64,000 bases of DNA from assembly GCA_041697335.1 (NCBI GenBank), contig JBGUGD010000007.1, positions 128,001-192,000 on the forward strand. The letters are read 5' to 3'. Below, one piece after another: positions 1-9,672 of the stretch. The notes beneath the pieces are model-generated. The model saw only the letters and a program-made list of their open reading frames with translations. It had not been told where the DNA came from and did no database searches. Both the position numbers and the translations under genes were made by a program. The stretch comes from Vampirovibrionaceae bacterium NZW_1234 (GTDB lineage: Bacteria > Cyanobacteriota > Vampirovibrionia > Vampirovibrionales > JAGQHJ01). Position 1 is the stretch's first letter; each line of letters opens with the position of its first letter.

Positions 1-1581
1 TGCGGGGAGTGTTGGTTTGGAAGTATCGGTTTTGGCTTTCTCTGTCACTGACTTAGTGGGCTCTGTTTCCGGAGGGACGGAATCGGAGGCTGTCGAGGTT
101 TTTTCGGTCTTTGCTTTTTTTGTGATAATTCCGAGAAGGTGCTTTAAGGTGTTGTTCTTGGTCGAGGGAGTCGATGACGAGGGTTTTTTGTCGCCTGTGG
201 GCTCGATAGGATTGAGTTTTTCATAGATTGTTTTATAGGCGTCCGCCCCGATGGCATAGGGGTTGTCCTTTCCGGCGGTCAATTTTGCTAGTAATTCGCC
301 ATAGTCTTTAGAGGGCTTACCGCTATCCGAGAACGTCATCAAATCCGGGCTCAATGATTTTTTACTGTCCATTTCGTCAATGAACAAGAGTGCTGAGGGA
401 TACTCCTTTTCATCGGTCGCAGCCTGGGGTGAGGTGTAGAGCGTGGGATCGAGAATGTGCTTCAGCGTCTCATCGGTTTTGGGATCGTAGGTCTTCAGGT
501 CGGTTGGGGTCAGGTAGCGGGGTGTGTAATAGGCCGGATGATCCAGCAAATCTCGCCCAAAGACTTTGGAGGAATTGCGAATGATGAGGGTTCCATGAGA
601 CGGGTGGGAGACCAGCTTCAGGCCATGAAGCAGCAGGACTACGGTTTCCTCATCCAGAGGGAGAGAGGGGGTTAGTTTTTTGGAAAAGAGAAAGCCGTTG
701 CCAAAGGTCTGGGTGATGGGATGACCGTGGAAATAGACACCACCAAACTTCGCCAATAGGGCGTTTTCCTTGCCCATGGCGTCATATTTCAAATGGCGAA
801 AACCCAGACTTAAAGCACCAATGTGCCCCCAGTTGTCCAGGACCTCGGGTGGCGTCTGGAAAAGGCCATGCCGGATAAATCGGGTGATGCTGGTAAGGGA
901 TTTGACCAATTGGTCTTTGTGCGCTTTTTGGGAAACGTCGTGAAACATGGGATGACGCATCAGGAGCATCATCTCAACTTCATTGGGGTGCTGCCCGATA
1001 ATCTTCCGGGAGGCAGCCAGATGATCGCTGGCCTGTTCGATGTGCTGAATCAACGGGGTTACGCCTTCCAGCGTGGGGGCTGCCAACAGGTGATGTACGT
1101 TATCCTGAAGGGTGGCTGTATGCTTCTGGAGGAACTTGGCAAATGCCCCCGCATCCACAGTCCAAGGTTTGCTTAGGGCCAAGGCTTTGGTTAGAGGTGA
1201 TAGTTTACCGTATGATCCGCTTTTTCCTGAGGTTGGAACCCCGATTAAAATCTTCATTTTGGTGGATAATTTGTCGTAAGGGGTCTCAGAGGGGCTTTTG
1301 GGAGCCGACCCCGGGGCTGATGCGGAAGCCGTGGAAGCGTCCTTGTTCGGTTCGGATTTCGGTGTTTCGTCCTTGGGGGGACTATAGAATAGCTTGATAT
1401 CAACTTTGCTAAGGTCCGGCGGTGAAGGTTCCCCTGATTTTTCACCTGTCTCCGGTAACTCTGAGGCGGGAGGAGGGGGATTATCCCCGGGCTTCTTTGG
1501 TTCGTCGGCTCCAAAACGCAGCGGCCGGGTAACGAGCATCCCGGTCGATGGAGAATAAGGACGAAATGGCGTGATTCTCAT
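1..1581 (-). CDS. Large hypothetical protein with N-terminal LRFG leader (3' end outside window)
   Basis: Not in the ORF track. Hand translation from ATG 1581 (alternative ATG 1593) is open to position 1: MRITPFRPYSPSTGMLVTRPLRFGADEPKKPG..., with GVPTSGKS and LLFIDE motifs. Confidence 0.8.
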   Translation of the reverse strand, partial: MRITPFRPYSPSTGMLVTRPLRFGADEPKKPGDNPPPPASELPETGEKSGEPSPPDLSKVDIKLFYSPPKDETPKSEPNKDASTASASAPGSAPKSPSETPYDKLSTKMKILIGVPTSGKSGSYGKLSPLTKALALSKPWTVDAGAFAKFLQKHTATLQDNVHHLLAAPTLEGVTPLIQHIEQASDHLAASRKIIGQHPNEVEMMLLMRHPMFHDVSQKAHKDQLVKSLTSITRFIRHGLFQTPPEVLDNWGHIGALSLGFRHLKYDAMGKENALLAKFGGVYFHGHPITQTFGNGFLFSKKLTPSLPLDEETVVLLLHGLKLVSHPSHGTLIIRNSSKVFGRDLLDHPAYYTPRYLTPTDLKTYDPKTDETLKHILDPTLYTSPQAATDEKEYPSALLFIDEMDSKKSLSPDLMTFSDSGKPSKDYGELLAKLTAGKDNPYAIGADAYKTIYEKLNPIEPTGDKKPSSSTPSTKNNTLKHLLGIITKKAKTEKTSTASDSVPPETEPTKSVTEKAKTDTSKPTLPA

Positions 1582-1673
1582 CAGGCATTCCATACTATCT
1601 GAAACAAGCGTTCTAATAAACGCCGTTCAAGAGGTGAAATTGCCTGGGCAGATTGATTGTTTTCTTAAACGTG

Positions 1674-2384
1674 CTAGAACGACACGCGAATGCCTCGGGC
1701 TCGAAGGGCCGTTAAGACGTCTTGATCGGACCTGCTGTTGGCCACGATTTGCATAAATGTGTTGGAGTCAATGCCCAGTTGCTTGTGCAGGGCCTGATCC
1801 TGAGGGCAGGGGTAGAGCAAATACAGATCGTCCAGTTTGCCTTGGGCTTTCAGGCGGGCTTTGTCCATAGAGCGGCCCAGCCAGCGATAGCCTCCCACAA
1901 TCAGTTCCCCGTCACGAGGCTCGGTGATGCCGGTGCGATCCGAGGTCAAGGTCATCTCGCCGGATGTGCCCCCCGTCGTTGCCGAAGTGTCCGTTACAGC
2001 GGGGGCATTGGGTACGCGATCCGACACGGGCTCGGTCATCGGAGCCAGGCTGGAGAAGCTGCTGCTCTGGGCAGAGGATGTTTCGGCGGAGGCTGGTGTT
2101 TGTGTCGGCTCTGATGGCCTGTTTGTGGTTGCTCCTACACGAAAACCGGCGCCGTTACCGCCGGTGCTCTGGATGTCACGAAAACCCTCGTTACGGGATT
2201 CGAGAAATGTTTTTAATAAAAACGTCAATAACATCATTTGCTGGGAGCTTCCGGTGCTTCGTGTCAGTCCCATGGTGCGGTTGTTGCCGGGATTCAAGCT
2301 TCGCCCAAATGATGGCAACGCGGGTTGAGACCGCAGCAACGAGGTTGACAAGAGCGGCGAAAAAAGCGAACTCACGATAGACAC
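1674..2384 (-). CDS. Ser/Thr-rich protein with C-terminal DUF5069-like domain
   Basis: 236 aa ORF; AGGAG upstream of GTG start; C-terminal WLGRSMDKARL...YPCPQD...LGID pattern recalls DUF5069. Confidence 0.65.
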   Translation of the reverse strand: MSIVSSLFSPLLSTSLLRSQPALPSFGRSLNPGNNRTMGLTRSTGSSQQMMLLTFLLKTFLESRNEGFRDIQSTGGNGAGFRVGATTNRPSEPTQTPASAETSSAQSSSFSSLAPMTEPVSDRVPNAPAVTDTSATTGGTSGEMTLTSDRTGITEPRDGELIVGGYRWLGRSMDKARLKAQGKLDDLYLLYPCPQDQALHKQLGIDSNTFMQIVANSRSDQDVLTALRARGIRVSF

Positions 2385-2848
2385 AACAAGAACTCCTAAC
2401 TCATCAATAACCTAACGTTTAGCAGGAAAAAAAGCAGGGGAAAAAGGGGTGAGAACACAAGCCTAGAGAAAGAGAAGAAGAATAGTAAAAGAGAAGAAAA
2501 GAGAAAATACAACATAGCAAAGCGAGAAGAAGCGAACCTCACCGATAACCTGAGATGAAAAGAGAAAACTATTTAAGGCTGCAGGACACATTCACCTCAG
2601 CAAATCCTCACGGGCTCCCTTTTGGCATAGGGAAGGAAGACTTGCTCAAGTCAGAGCTGTCAGTCTGTTTACTATTTAACCGAGTACACAATTACGAACC
2701 TTACTAATATAAAAACAATCTTAAGAAAGTTGGTGTCAAAATGTTGCGAATTATAAAATAAATATTAAAAATTGGCTAAAATCCCCGCCACGACTGATCA
2801 ACGTTTCAGGGGCCTTAAAACCCATCTGGGGATTGCCGGGTAAAACGT

Positions 2849-4108
2849 TTATGAAAGTAAGGGTTCAAGCAGTGTACATGCATTTATCACGCCATTCTCC
2901 GCCTGAATCCGTTGGCCGATAGCCTCGGCTTGGGTGGCGAATTCGGGAGTGTTCAGCATCGGCGTTAAGGCTTTAATGGCCGCAGGTGCGTTGTAGTTTT
3001 TCCGCAGGATCGTTTGGGAAATCCCAAGGCGTTTCAGGCGGGCGGCATTGTCAAATTGATCGAATCCGAATGGGACGATAACCATTGGTTTTCCGGCTCG
3101 CATGGCTTGAGCTGTCGTGCCTGCACCGCCTTGATGGACGATGGCAAGGGCATGGGGGAACAGCAGTGAATAGGAGACATAATCCCAATGAAGCACGGTC
3201 TCAGGCAGCGGGCTGGTAAGGACATTGTCACCAGCCACAAAAATGGCCCGACAGCCAAGGGCTTTAACTGCTTTCAGGCTTTCCTCGAAGAATGGACCGG
3301 CTGTTCGGACAGCACTACTGCCCAGGGTAAAGACCACCGGAGGTGACCCTTGGGCCAGAAAGTCCTGAATGCCTTGAGGCAATGTTTTTTCGCCTGGGGT
3401 CATTTCGTCGAAAAATAAAAAGCCCGTGGCCGCAGTATGGGGTGGCCAGTCTTTTTGAGGAGCCCCCAGGATTGGAGAGAACAGCCCCAGGTTGAGATAG
3501 GGGGAAAAAGAGCCTTCGAAAATCGGGTTGCCGTAGGGGGCGACACCGGCTTCTTGTTGTAATTTGTAGAAAGCCTTACCCCAGCTGTGGGTGGTGCTTT
3601 TCATAAAGCGCATCAGGGGGCGCCAAAACCATGGGCCGAAGTGTCGCCAGGATTCACTGATGGGGGCCTGGGCCAGGACCGGGGGATCGAAGGCGGAAAA
3701 GTACAGAAACGGCTGTAAACCTACCGACGCCCATGGCAGGTTCAATTCTCGTGCCAAGAGTGGCCCGGGCAGAATCAAGGGGGAGTTGATCAGAACATCC
3801 GCACCGCTTAAGAGGCGCTTTAGATCTGCGTAGGTCTCATGGATATAAGGAAAAATGTACTTTCGAAACATCGTTTCCGGTCCTCGAACCGGATCAAAAA
3901 GTTCCTGGTAGACTCGATCGTCGTCCATGCTTATTTCGGGTCGAAGGGCATAAAATCCGAGGCCAACAGCTTCAATCTTTTCCCGATAGTGAACGGTAGT
4001 GGCCATGGTGACCCGGTGCCCACGGGCTTGAAGTTCCATCCCCAGGGCAATCAGTGGGTGTAAATCCCCTAGGGAGCCAAACACGGTGATTACAATGTGT
4101 TTTTGCAT
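2849..4108 (-). CDS. GT1 family (UDP-sugar) glycosyltransferase
   Basis: GSLGDLHP N-terminal motif; VHQGGAGTT...VPFGFDQFDNA C-terminal motif. Confidence 0.9.
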   Translation of the reverse strand: MQKHIVITVFGSLGDLHPLIALGMELQARGHRVTMATTVHYREKIEAVGLGFYALRPEISMDDDRVYQELFDPVRGPETMFRKYIFPYIHETYADLKRLLSGADVLINSPLILPGPLLARELNLPWASVGLQPFLYFSAFDPPVLAQAPISESWRHFGPWFWRPLMRFMKSTTHSWGKAFYKLQQEAGVAPYGNPIFEGSFSPYLNLGLFSPILGAPQKDWPPHTAATGFLFFDEMTPGEKTLPQGIQDFLAQGSPPVVFTLGSSAVRTAGPFFEESLKAVKALGCRAIFVAGDNVLTSPLPETVLHWDYVSYSLLFPHALAIVHQGGAGTTAQAMRAGKPMVIVPFGFDQFDNAARLKRLGISQTILRKNYNAPAAIKALTPMLNTPEFATQAEAIGQRIQAENGVINACTLLEPLLS

Positions 4109-4399
4109 CGGGTTGCACGCTCCGTTTTGTTGCCGTTTCTATCATACGCCAAAGCCATGGTGACGATTCAAGTGGCTTCCTAGGGTCATCCTATCCAGAG
4201 CGGATCTCTGTCGATGAAAGGATTTTTTGAAATGACCCTCCCCTACATAGCGGAGCTTTGATCTGGGGGGGCGGCTTTTGAATAAAGAATAGAAAGCCTC
4301 CGCCGATAAGTCGAATAGTGGATTCTCTCAGTTGGTTTCCGGTTTATTTTGACTCGCTCCGACGTGCCGGAAAATGGCCCAGACGATGCCGCAAGGTAA

Positions 4400-7300
4400 A
4401 TGAATGCCCAGGAGGTTTTACTCGTGTCAGCCTTGGTTCATGCTTTCTACAAGGTGTTGGTGTCCACGGTACTCGCACCCTTACGAGACAGTGCGTTTGA
4501 AAATACCCGCAAAGCCAAAATTTCGACCACCGAACAGGAAGCCCTGGCTTCGGGTTCGGTTGGGTTTGAAGGCGAGATTTTACGCGGTCATCCACGCTGG
4601 GACCAGTTGACGGGGCTGCCGAAACCGGCCTTGAGCGAAGAAGAACAGGCCTTTCTTGACGGGCCCGTAAACGAGCTGTGTGCCATGCTCGATGATTGGC
4701 AAATTCGGAGCCAGTTGCATGACCTGCCTCCGGATGTCTGGGCGTATATGAAAAAAGCCGGTTTCTTTGGCATGATTATTCCCAAAGAATTTGGTGGCCT
4801 TGGGTTTTCTGCCATGGCGCATTCGGAAGTGATTTTAAAATTGGCGTCTCGCAGTACCACGGCATGTGTGACGGCCATGGTGCCCAATTCGCTGGGACCG
4901 GCTGAATTGCTGATGCGCTATGGTACCGATGAGCAAAAACAGTACTATCTGCCACGCCTGGCCCGCGGTGAAGAAGTCCCCTCGTTTGCGCTGACGGAGC
5001 CTAACGCCGGGTCCGATGCCTCTGGCATGACCTCTCGCGGGGTGGTTTGTGAAAAAGACGGCGTGCTTGGCATTAAATTGACCTGGGAAAAACGCTACAT
5101 TACGCTGGCCCCGGTGACCACGCTCTTGGGCGTGGCCTTTAAACTGGTCGATCCGGACGGGTTGTTGGGCGATAAAAAAGATCTGGGCATTACCCTTGCA
5201 TTAATTCCAGCAAAAACACCCGGGGTGCAGATTGGCCGTCGCCACAATCCCTTGGGCACGCCGTTTCAGAACGGGCCGACCCGGGGCGAAGAGGTGTGGA
5301 TTCCATTGGATGCCGTGATTGGCGGGAAGGACTATGTGGGGCAAGGCTGGCGGATGTTGATGGAATGTCTCTCGGTTGGCCGCTGTGTTTCGCTTCCGGC
5401 TTTGTCTACGGGGTCTTCCAAATTGATGTGCCGTTTAACGGGCGCTTATAGTCGTATTCGTAAGCAATTTAAACTGGCCATTGGCAATTTCGAAGGCATC
5501 GAAGAATTACTGGCCCGAATTGCCGGGACCACGTATATGATGGAAGCCACTCGGGTGGCAACCCTTCAGATGCTGGATCGGGGTGAACATCCCACAATTC
5601 TGTCCGCCATTTTAAAATACCATCTCACCGAGTTGGCTCGCCAAAGTGTGAACGACAGCATGGATATTTTAGGGGGCAAAGCGATTTGTGAAGGCCCAAC
5701 CAACCTGATTAGCTCCATGTATCACGCTATTCCCATTGGGATTACCGTGGAAGGCGCCAACATTCTGACCCGCAATATGATTATCTTCGGTCAAGGCTCG
5801 GTGCGCTCGCATCCGTTTATTCTGAAAGAAATGCTGGCGGCCCGTCTGCCGGACAAAGCCGAAGCAAAGCGAAAATTCAGCGATTTAATGGCCTACCACG
5901 TTCAGCACACGAACGAAAATGTGTTCCGGACATTGTGGTACGGTTTAACGTTCGGGGCCTTCAGTCCGGTTCCCCAATGTGCATCTTCGCAAAAAGGTTA
6001 TTACAGGCATATTAATCGTTTATGTGCTGCCTATGCCACGGTGGTTGATGTGACGTTAATGCTGTTGGGTGACAGCGTAAAGCGCAAGGAACGTATTTCG
6101 GCGCTTCTGGGGGATACCATGAGTTACCTTTATCTGGCATCAGCCACGTTGCGCCATTATTCTTCCCAGGGGCATCTTAAGGACGATGAGCCTTTAATGC
6201 ATTGGGCCTGCCGGTTTGCCCTGTTTAAAGCTGAAGAAAGTTTGGATCTGCTGCTTCAGAATTTCCCAGTCGGGTGGATTGGCTCCGGTTTGCGGATGCT
6301 GGTCTTCCCACACGGTCGTGTACTCAAACGGCCTTCACATCGTCTGGATCGGAAAGTGGCCAAAACCCTCGTGTCTCCTGGAGAGGTGCGTAATCGTCTG
6401 ACGCAAGGGATTTATCTTCCCGCAGAGAAAGCCGAACCTTTGGCTTTGCTGGAGGAGACCTTTGGAGCCGTGGTGGAAGCCGAGGCCTTGGAAAAGCGCA
6501 TTCGCCAGGCCCACAAGGACGGCATCCTGAAGTCGGAGACCCCGGAAAGTCTTGTGACCGAAGCTTTGGACAAATCGGTTGTCAGCTTTGAAGAAGTCTC
6601 TCGCATGAAGCGGGCCGAATCCCTGCGGCGCCAGATTATTGATGTGGATGATTTTGATGCCTCTTTCGGCATGGCAAGTGAAAAATGGGCGGTGACTTCT
6701 GAAAAGGTTCTGCGAGACACCTATCCCATTGGAACTTCGTGGGCGATTGATATCCCCGCCACCACGCTGGTGGCCATGATGAATGAGGTGTTTGAGCAAT
6801 ACAAAGCCAACTCCTGTATGGACTTTCTGGGTAAACGTTACACCTACAGGGAAATTAAACAGCTTGTCGATAAAGCCGCTGCCGGGCTTCAGGCGATGGG
6901 TGTGGTGAAAGGGGATAAAGTCGCATTGCTGATGCCCAATACCCCTTACTATCCTATTATGTTGTTTGCGGCACTTCAGGTGGGTGCCGTGGCGGTGAAT
7001 GTCTGTCCGATGCAGACACCGGCTGAGTTGCGGGAACAGTTTCTTGATTGTGAGCCTCGGCTTCTGGTGACCCTGGACTTGAAAGACATGTTCCAGAAAG
7101 CATCGCTCCTGCATGCCGAAGGACTGGTGCAGCAGACGATTCTGTGTCGTATGGAAGAAGTGTTGCCCTTTTTTAAGGCCCATGCCTATCGGTTTATTAA
7201 AAACTCTCAGATTGCCAAGCCTGAAGAGATGGGCTTAACGACTTCTCAACAGGAAAAAGGTCTTGCGGCCACCATTGTCTATTTTAAGGATTTGACGGAT

Positions 7301-8491
7301 GTGGCCAGTACCTATCACCCCGTGCCTTTATCGCCCGAGGATGTGGCCATTCTGCAATACACTGGAGGCACTACGGGGACCTCGAAAGGGGCCATGCTGA
7401 CCCATCAGAATCTGGTGGCCAATGTCTGCCAGATGGAGGAATATTTGAGAGTGTCTGCCGACAAGCCTCAGGCCGATTCGCTCCTTCGCCTGGGTAAAGA
7501 ACGTGTATTGGCCACAATTCCCTTCTTCCACGTGTTTGGCTTAACGGCGGCCATGATTATTGGCCTCAAATTGGGCAGTGAGCTGATTATTCTGCCAGAT
7601 CCCAGAAATATCAAAGAGCTGCTAAAAACCATTCATGAAAAACGTCCTACGTTGTTTCCGGCTGTGCCTCGGTTATTGCAGGCGATTGTGGAACATCCCC
7701 AAGCCCGGGCCTTTGATCTGTCCAAGCTGGAAATGGTGATCTCCGGTGGGGCCGCATTGCCGGTTGCCTTAAAGGCTGATTTTGAAGCCCTGGTCCAGAA
7801 GCCGGGTCTTGTCAAACAGGGCTACGGTTTAACGGAAACCTCACCGGTGGCATCCTGTATTCCTGCGTATGGTCTGAATAAGCCTGGTTCCGTGGGTCTG
7901 CCTATGCCGATGACTGCAATTCGCATTGTCGATCCTGAAAATCCAAGCCATGTGATGGCGCTGGGTGAAATTGGCGAAGTTTGTATCCAAGGTCCTCAGG
8001 TGATGAAAGGCTATTACAATCACCCGGAAGAAACCCAGGCCATTATGCATCTTGGGTGGCTTCGCACCGGGGACTTGGGGTATCTGGATGAGGATTATTA
8101 TCTCTACCTCGTGGACCGTAAAAAACGGCTGATTCTGGTAAACGGTCTGAATGTGTATCCGACTCAAATTGAACAAGTCATTATGAAACATCCTGCCGTG
8201 GTGGAATGCATTGTCATCAGCGTACCGGATTCACGTTCCGGTGAGGCGGCCAAGGCTTTCATCCGATTGAAGCGCGATGCGCAACATCAGATGACGGAAG
8301 TCCAGATGAAAGAGTTTTTGAGTCAAAACCTCGGGCGGTTTGAAATTCCTAAATTTATCGAATTTGTGGATGAGGAACTGCCCAAGACCACTGTGGGTAA
8401 ACCGGACTGGCGTGGTCTGCAAGAGCAGGAGCGCCAAAAAGGATCCATCGCTTTCGGCGATTCCGATCTGGATATGGAGCAAGCATTATGA
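4400..8491 (+). CDS. Fused FadE-type acyl-CoA dehydrogenase and long-chain fatty acid-CoA ligase
   Basis: N-part has FALTEPNAGSDA, WEKRYITLAP and ITVEGANILTR; C-part has LQYTGGTTGTSKGA, GYGLTETSP and WLRTGDLG; one 1363 aa frame. Confidence 0.92.
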   Translation: MNAQEVLLVSALVHAFYKVLVSTVLAPLRDSAFENTRKAKISTTEQEALASGSVGFEGEILRGHPRWDQLTGLPKPALSEEEQAFLDGPVNELCAMLDDWQIRSQLHDLPPDVWAYMKKAGFFGMIIPKEFGGLGFSAMAHSEVILKLASRSTTACVTAMVPNSLGPAELLMRYGTDEQKQYYLPRLARGEEVPSFALTEPNAGSDASGMTSRGVVCEKDGVLGIKLTWEKRYITLAPVTTLLGVAFKLVDPDGLLGDKKDLGITLALIPAKTPGVQIGRRHNPLGTPFQNGPTRGEEVWIPLDAVIGGKDYVGQGWRMLMECLSVGRCVSLPALSTGSSKLMCRLTGAYSRIRKQFKLAIGNFEGIEELLARIAGTTYMMEATRVATLQMLDRGEHPTILSAILKYHLTELARQSVNDSMDILGGKAICEGPTNLISSMYHAIPIGITVEGANILTRNMIIFGQGSVRSHPFILKEMLAARLPDKAEAKRKFSDLMAYHVQHTNENVFRTLWYGLTFGAFSPVPQCASSQKGYYRHINRLCAAYATVVDVTLMLLGDSVKRKERISALLGDTMSYLYLASATLRHYSSQGHLKDDEPLMHWACRFALFKAEESLDLLLQNFPVGWIGSGLRMLVFPHGRVLKRPSHRLDRKVAKTLVSPGEVRNRLTQGIYLPAEKAEPLALLEETFGAVVEAEALEKRIRQAHKDGILKSETPESLVTEALDKSVVSFEEVSRMKRAESLRRQIIDVDDFDASFGMASEKWAVTSEKVLRDTYPIGTSWAIDIPATTLVAMMNEVFEQYKANSCMDFLGKRYTYREIKQLVDKAAAGLQAMGVVKGDKVALLMPNTPYYPIMLFAALQVGAVAVNVCPMQTPAELREQFLDCEPRLLVTLDLKDMFQKASLLHAEGLVQQTILCRMEEVLPFFKAHAYRFIKNSQIAKPEEMGLTTSQQEKGLAATIVYFKDLTDVASTYHPVPLSPEDVAILQYTGGTTGTSKGAMLTHQNLVANVCQMEEYLRVSADKPQADSLLRLGKERVLATIPFFHVFGLTAAMIIGLKLGSELIILPDPRNIKELLKTIHEKRPTLFPAVPRLLQAIVEHPQARAFDLSKLEMVISGGAALPVALKADFEALVQKPGLVKQGYGLTETSPVASCIPAYGLNKPGSVGLPMPMTAIRIVDPENPSHVMALGEIGEVCIQGPQVMKGYYNHPEETQAIMHLGWLRTGDLGYLDEDYYLYLVDRKKRLILVNGLNVYPTQIEQVIMKHPAVVECIVISVPDSRSGEAAKAFIRLKRDAQHQMTEVQMKEFLSQNLGRFEIPKFIEFVDEELPKTTVGKPDWRGLQEQERQKGSIAFGDSDLDMEQAL

Positions 8492-9663
8492 AAAACGTGG
8501 TGATTGTGGATTATGTCCGCACCCCTTTTACCCGAGCATTTGAGCCCAACGCCGGTAAGTCTAAGCAAGGTAAACTGGCACAGGTCCTTCCGGATGATAT
8601 GTTGGTTGCGCTCATTCGCACCTTACTGGAGCGGACCGGCGTTAGCCCCAATGATATTGAAACCCTGCTGACCGGGTGTGTCCACCAGGAAGCCGAACAG
8701 GGCTTGAATATGGCTCGTCTTGTGGTTTTGCATCCCGAATCCGGTTTGCCGCAATCCGTGGGGGGGATTACTCTGGATCGGTTTTGTGGTTCCTCGATGC
8801 AAGTCATTGCAGATGCCAAGAATGCTATTATGGCCGGTGAGGCCGAGATGATGCTGTGTACCGGCGTCCAATCCATGAGCCGAATTCCCGTGGCCGGGTG
8901 GAACGGCATGGTCAATCCGAAAGTGTATACCGGCAATGCCAGAAGCTTTATGAATATGGGCATCACCGCAGAGCATCTGGCAAAAATGTATGACATTGAT
9001 CGTCTTGCTCAGGAGAAATTTTCCTTGGGGTCCCATCAAAAAGCGGCCACAGCGCAAACCAATGGTTGGTTTAAAGATGAAATTGTTCCTATTCAAGGAG
9101 TGAGTCAAGACGATGGTGTACGTGCCGATTCAAGTCTGGAGCAGATGGCCGGGTTGAAGCCTGCCTTCGTCAAAGACGGCACTGTTACGGCAGCAACGTC
9201 ATGTCCTATTACCGATGGGGCTTCTGCGGTGTTGGTGGCTTCAGAGGAGTATGCCCGGGCCAATGACCTGCCAATTTTGGCTCGTATTAAGTCCTTTGCC
9301 AGCTCCGGGTGCGCTCCGGAGATTATGGGGATTGGCCCGGTGGAATCCAGCCGTAAAGCGTTGCAACGTGCCGGTCTAACGATGGCTGATATGGATATTG
9401 TTGAGATCAACGAAGCCTTTGCTGCTCAGGTGCTGGCGGTGCTTAGTGAAATGGAGAAACAAGGTATGCCACTGCCTCAGGAAAAACTGAACCTGGATGG
9501 CGGTGCTATTGCTTTGGGGCATCCCTTCGGAGCGTCCGGTGCACGCCTGGTGGGCAAGGCATCCAGTCTGCTGAAACGAACCGGCAAGCGCTATGCGCTG
9601 ACGACGATGTGTATCGGTGGTGGTCAAGGGATCGCCATGGTGTTGGAAAACCCTGAGGCCTAG
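8488..9663 (+). CDS. fadA: Acetyl-CoA C-acyltransferase (thiolase)
   Basis: RFCGSS, NEAFA, GHPFGASG and MCIGGGQG motifs; ATGA overlap with the upstream gene. Confidence 0.93.
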   Translation: MKNVVIVDYVRTPFTRAFEPNAGKSKQGKLAQVLPDDMLVALIRTLLERTGVSPNDIETLLTGCVHQEAEQGLNMARLVVLHPESGLPQSVGGITLDRFCGSSMQVIADAKNAIMAGEAEMMLCTGVQSMSRIPVAGWNGMVNPKVYTGNARSFMNMGITAEHLAKMYDIDRLAQEKFSLGSHQKAATAQTNGWFKDEIVPIQGVSQDDGVRADSSLEQMAGLKPAFVKDGTVTAATSCPITDGASAVLVASEEYARANDLPILARIKSFASSGCAPEIMGIGPVESSRKALQRAGLTMADMDIVEINEAFAAQVLAVLSEMEKQGMPLPQEKLNLDGGAIALGHPFGASGARLVGKASSLLKRTGKRYALTTMCIGGGQGIAMVLENPEA

Positions 9664-9672
9664 GAGTTAACG

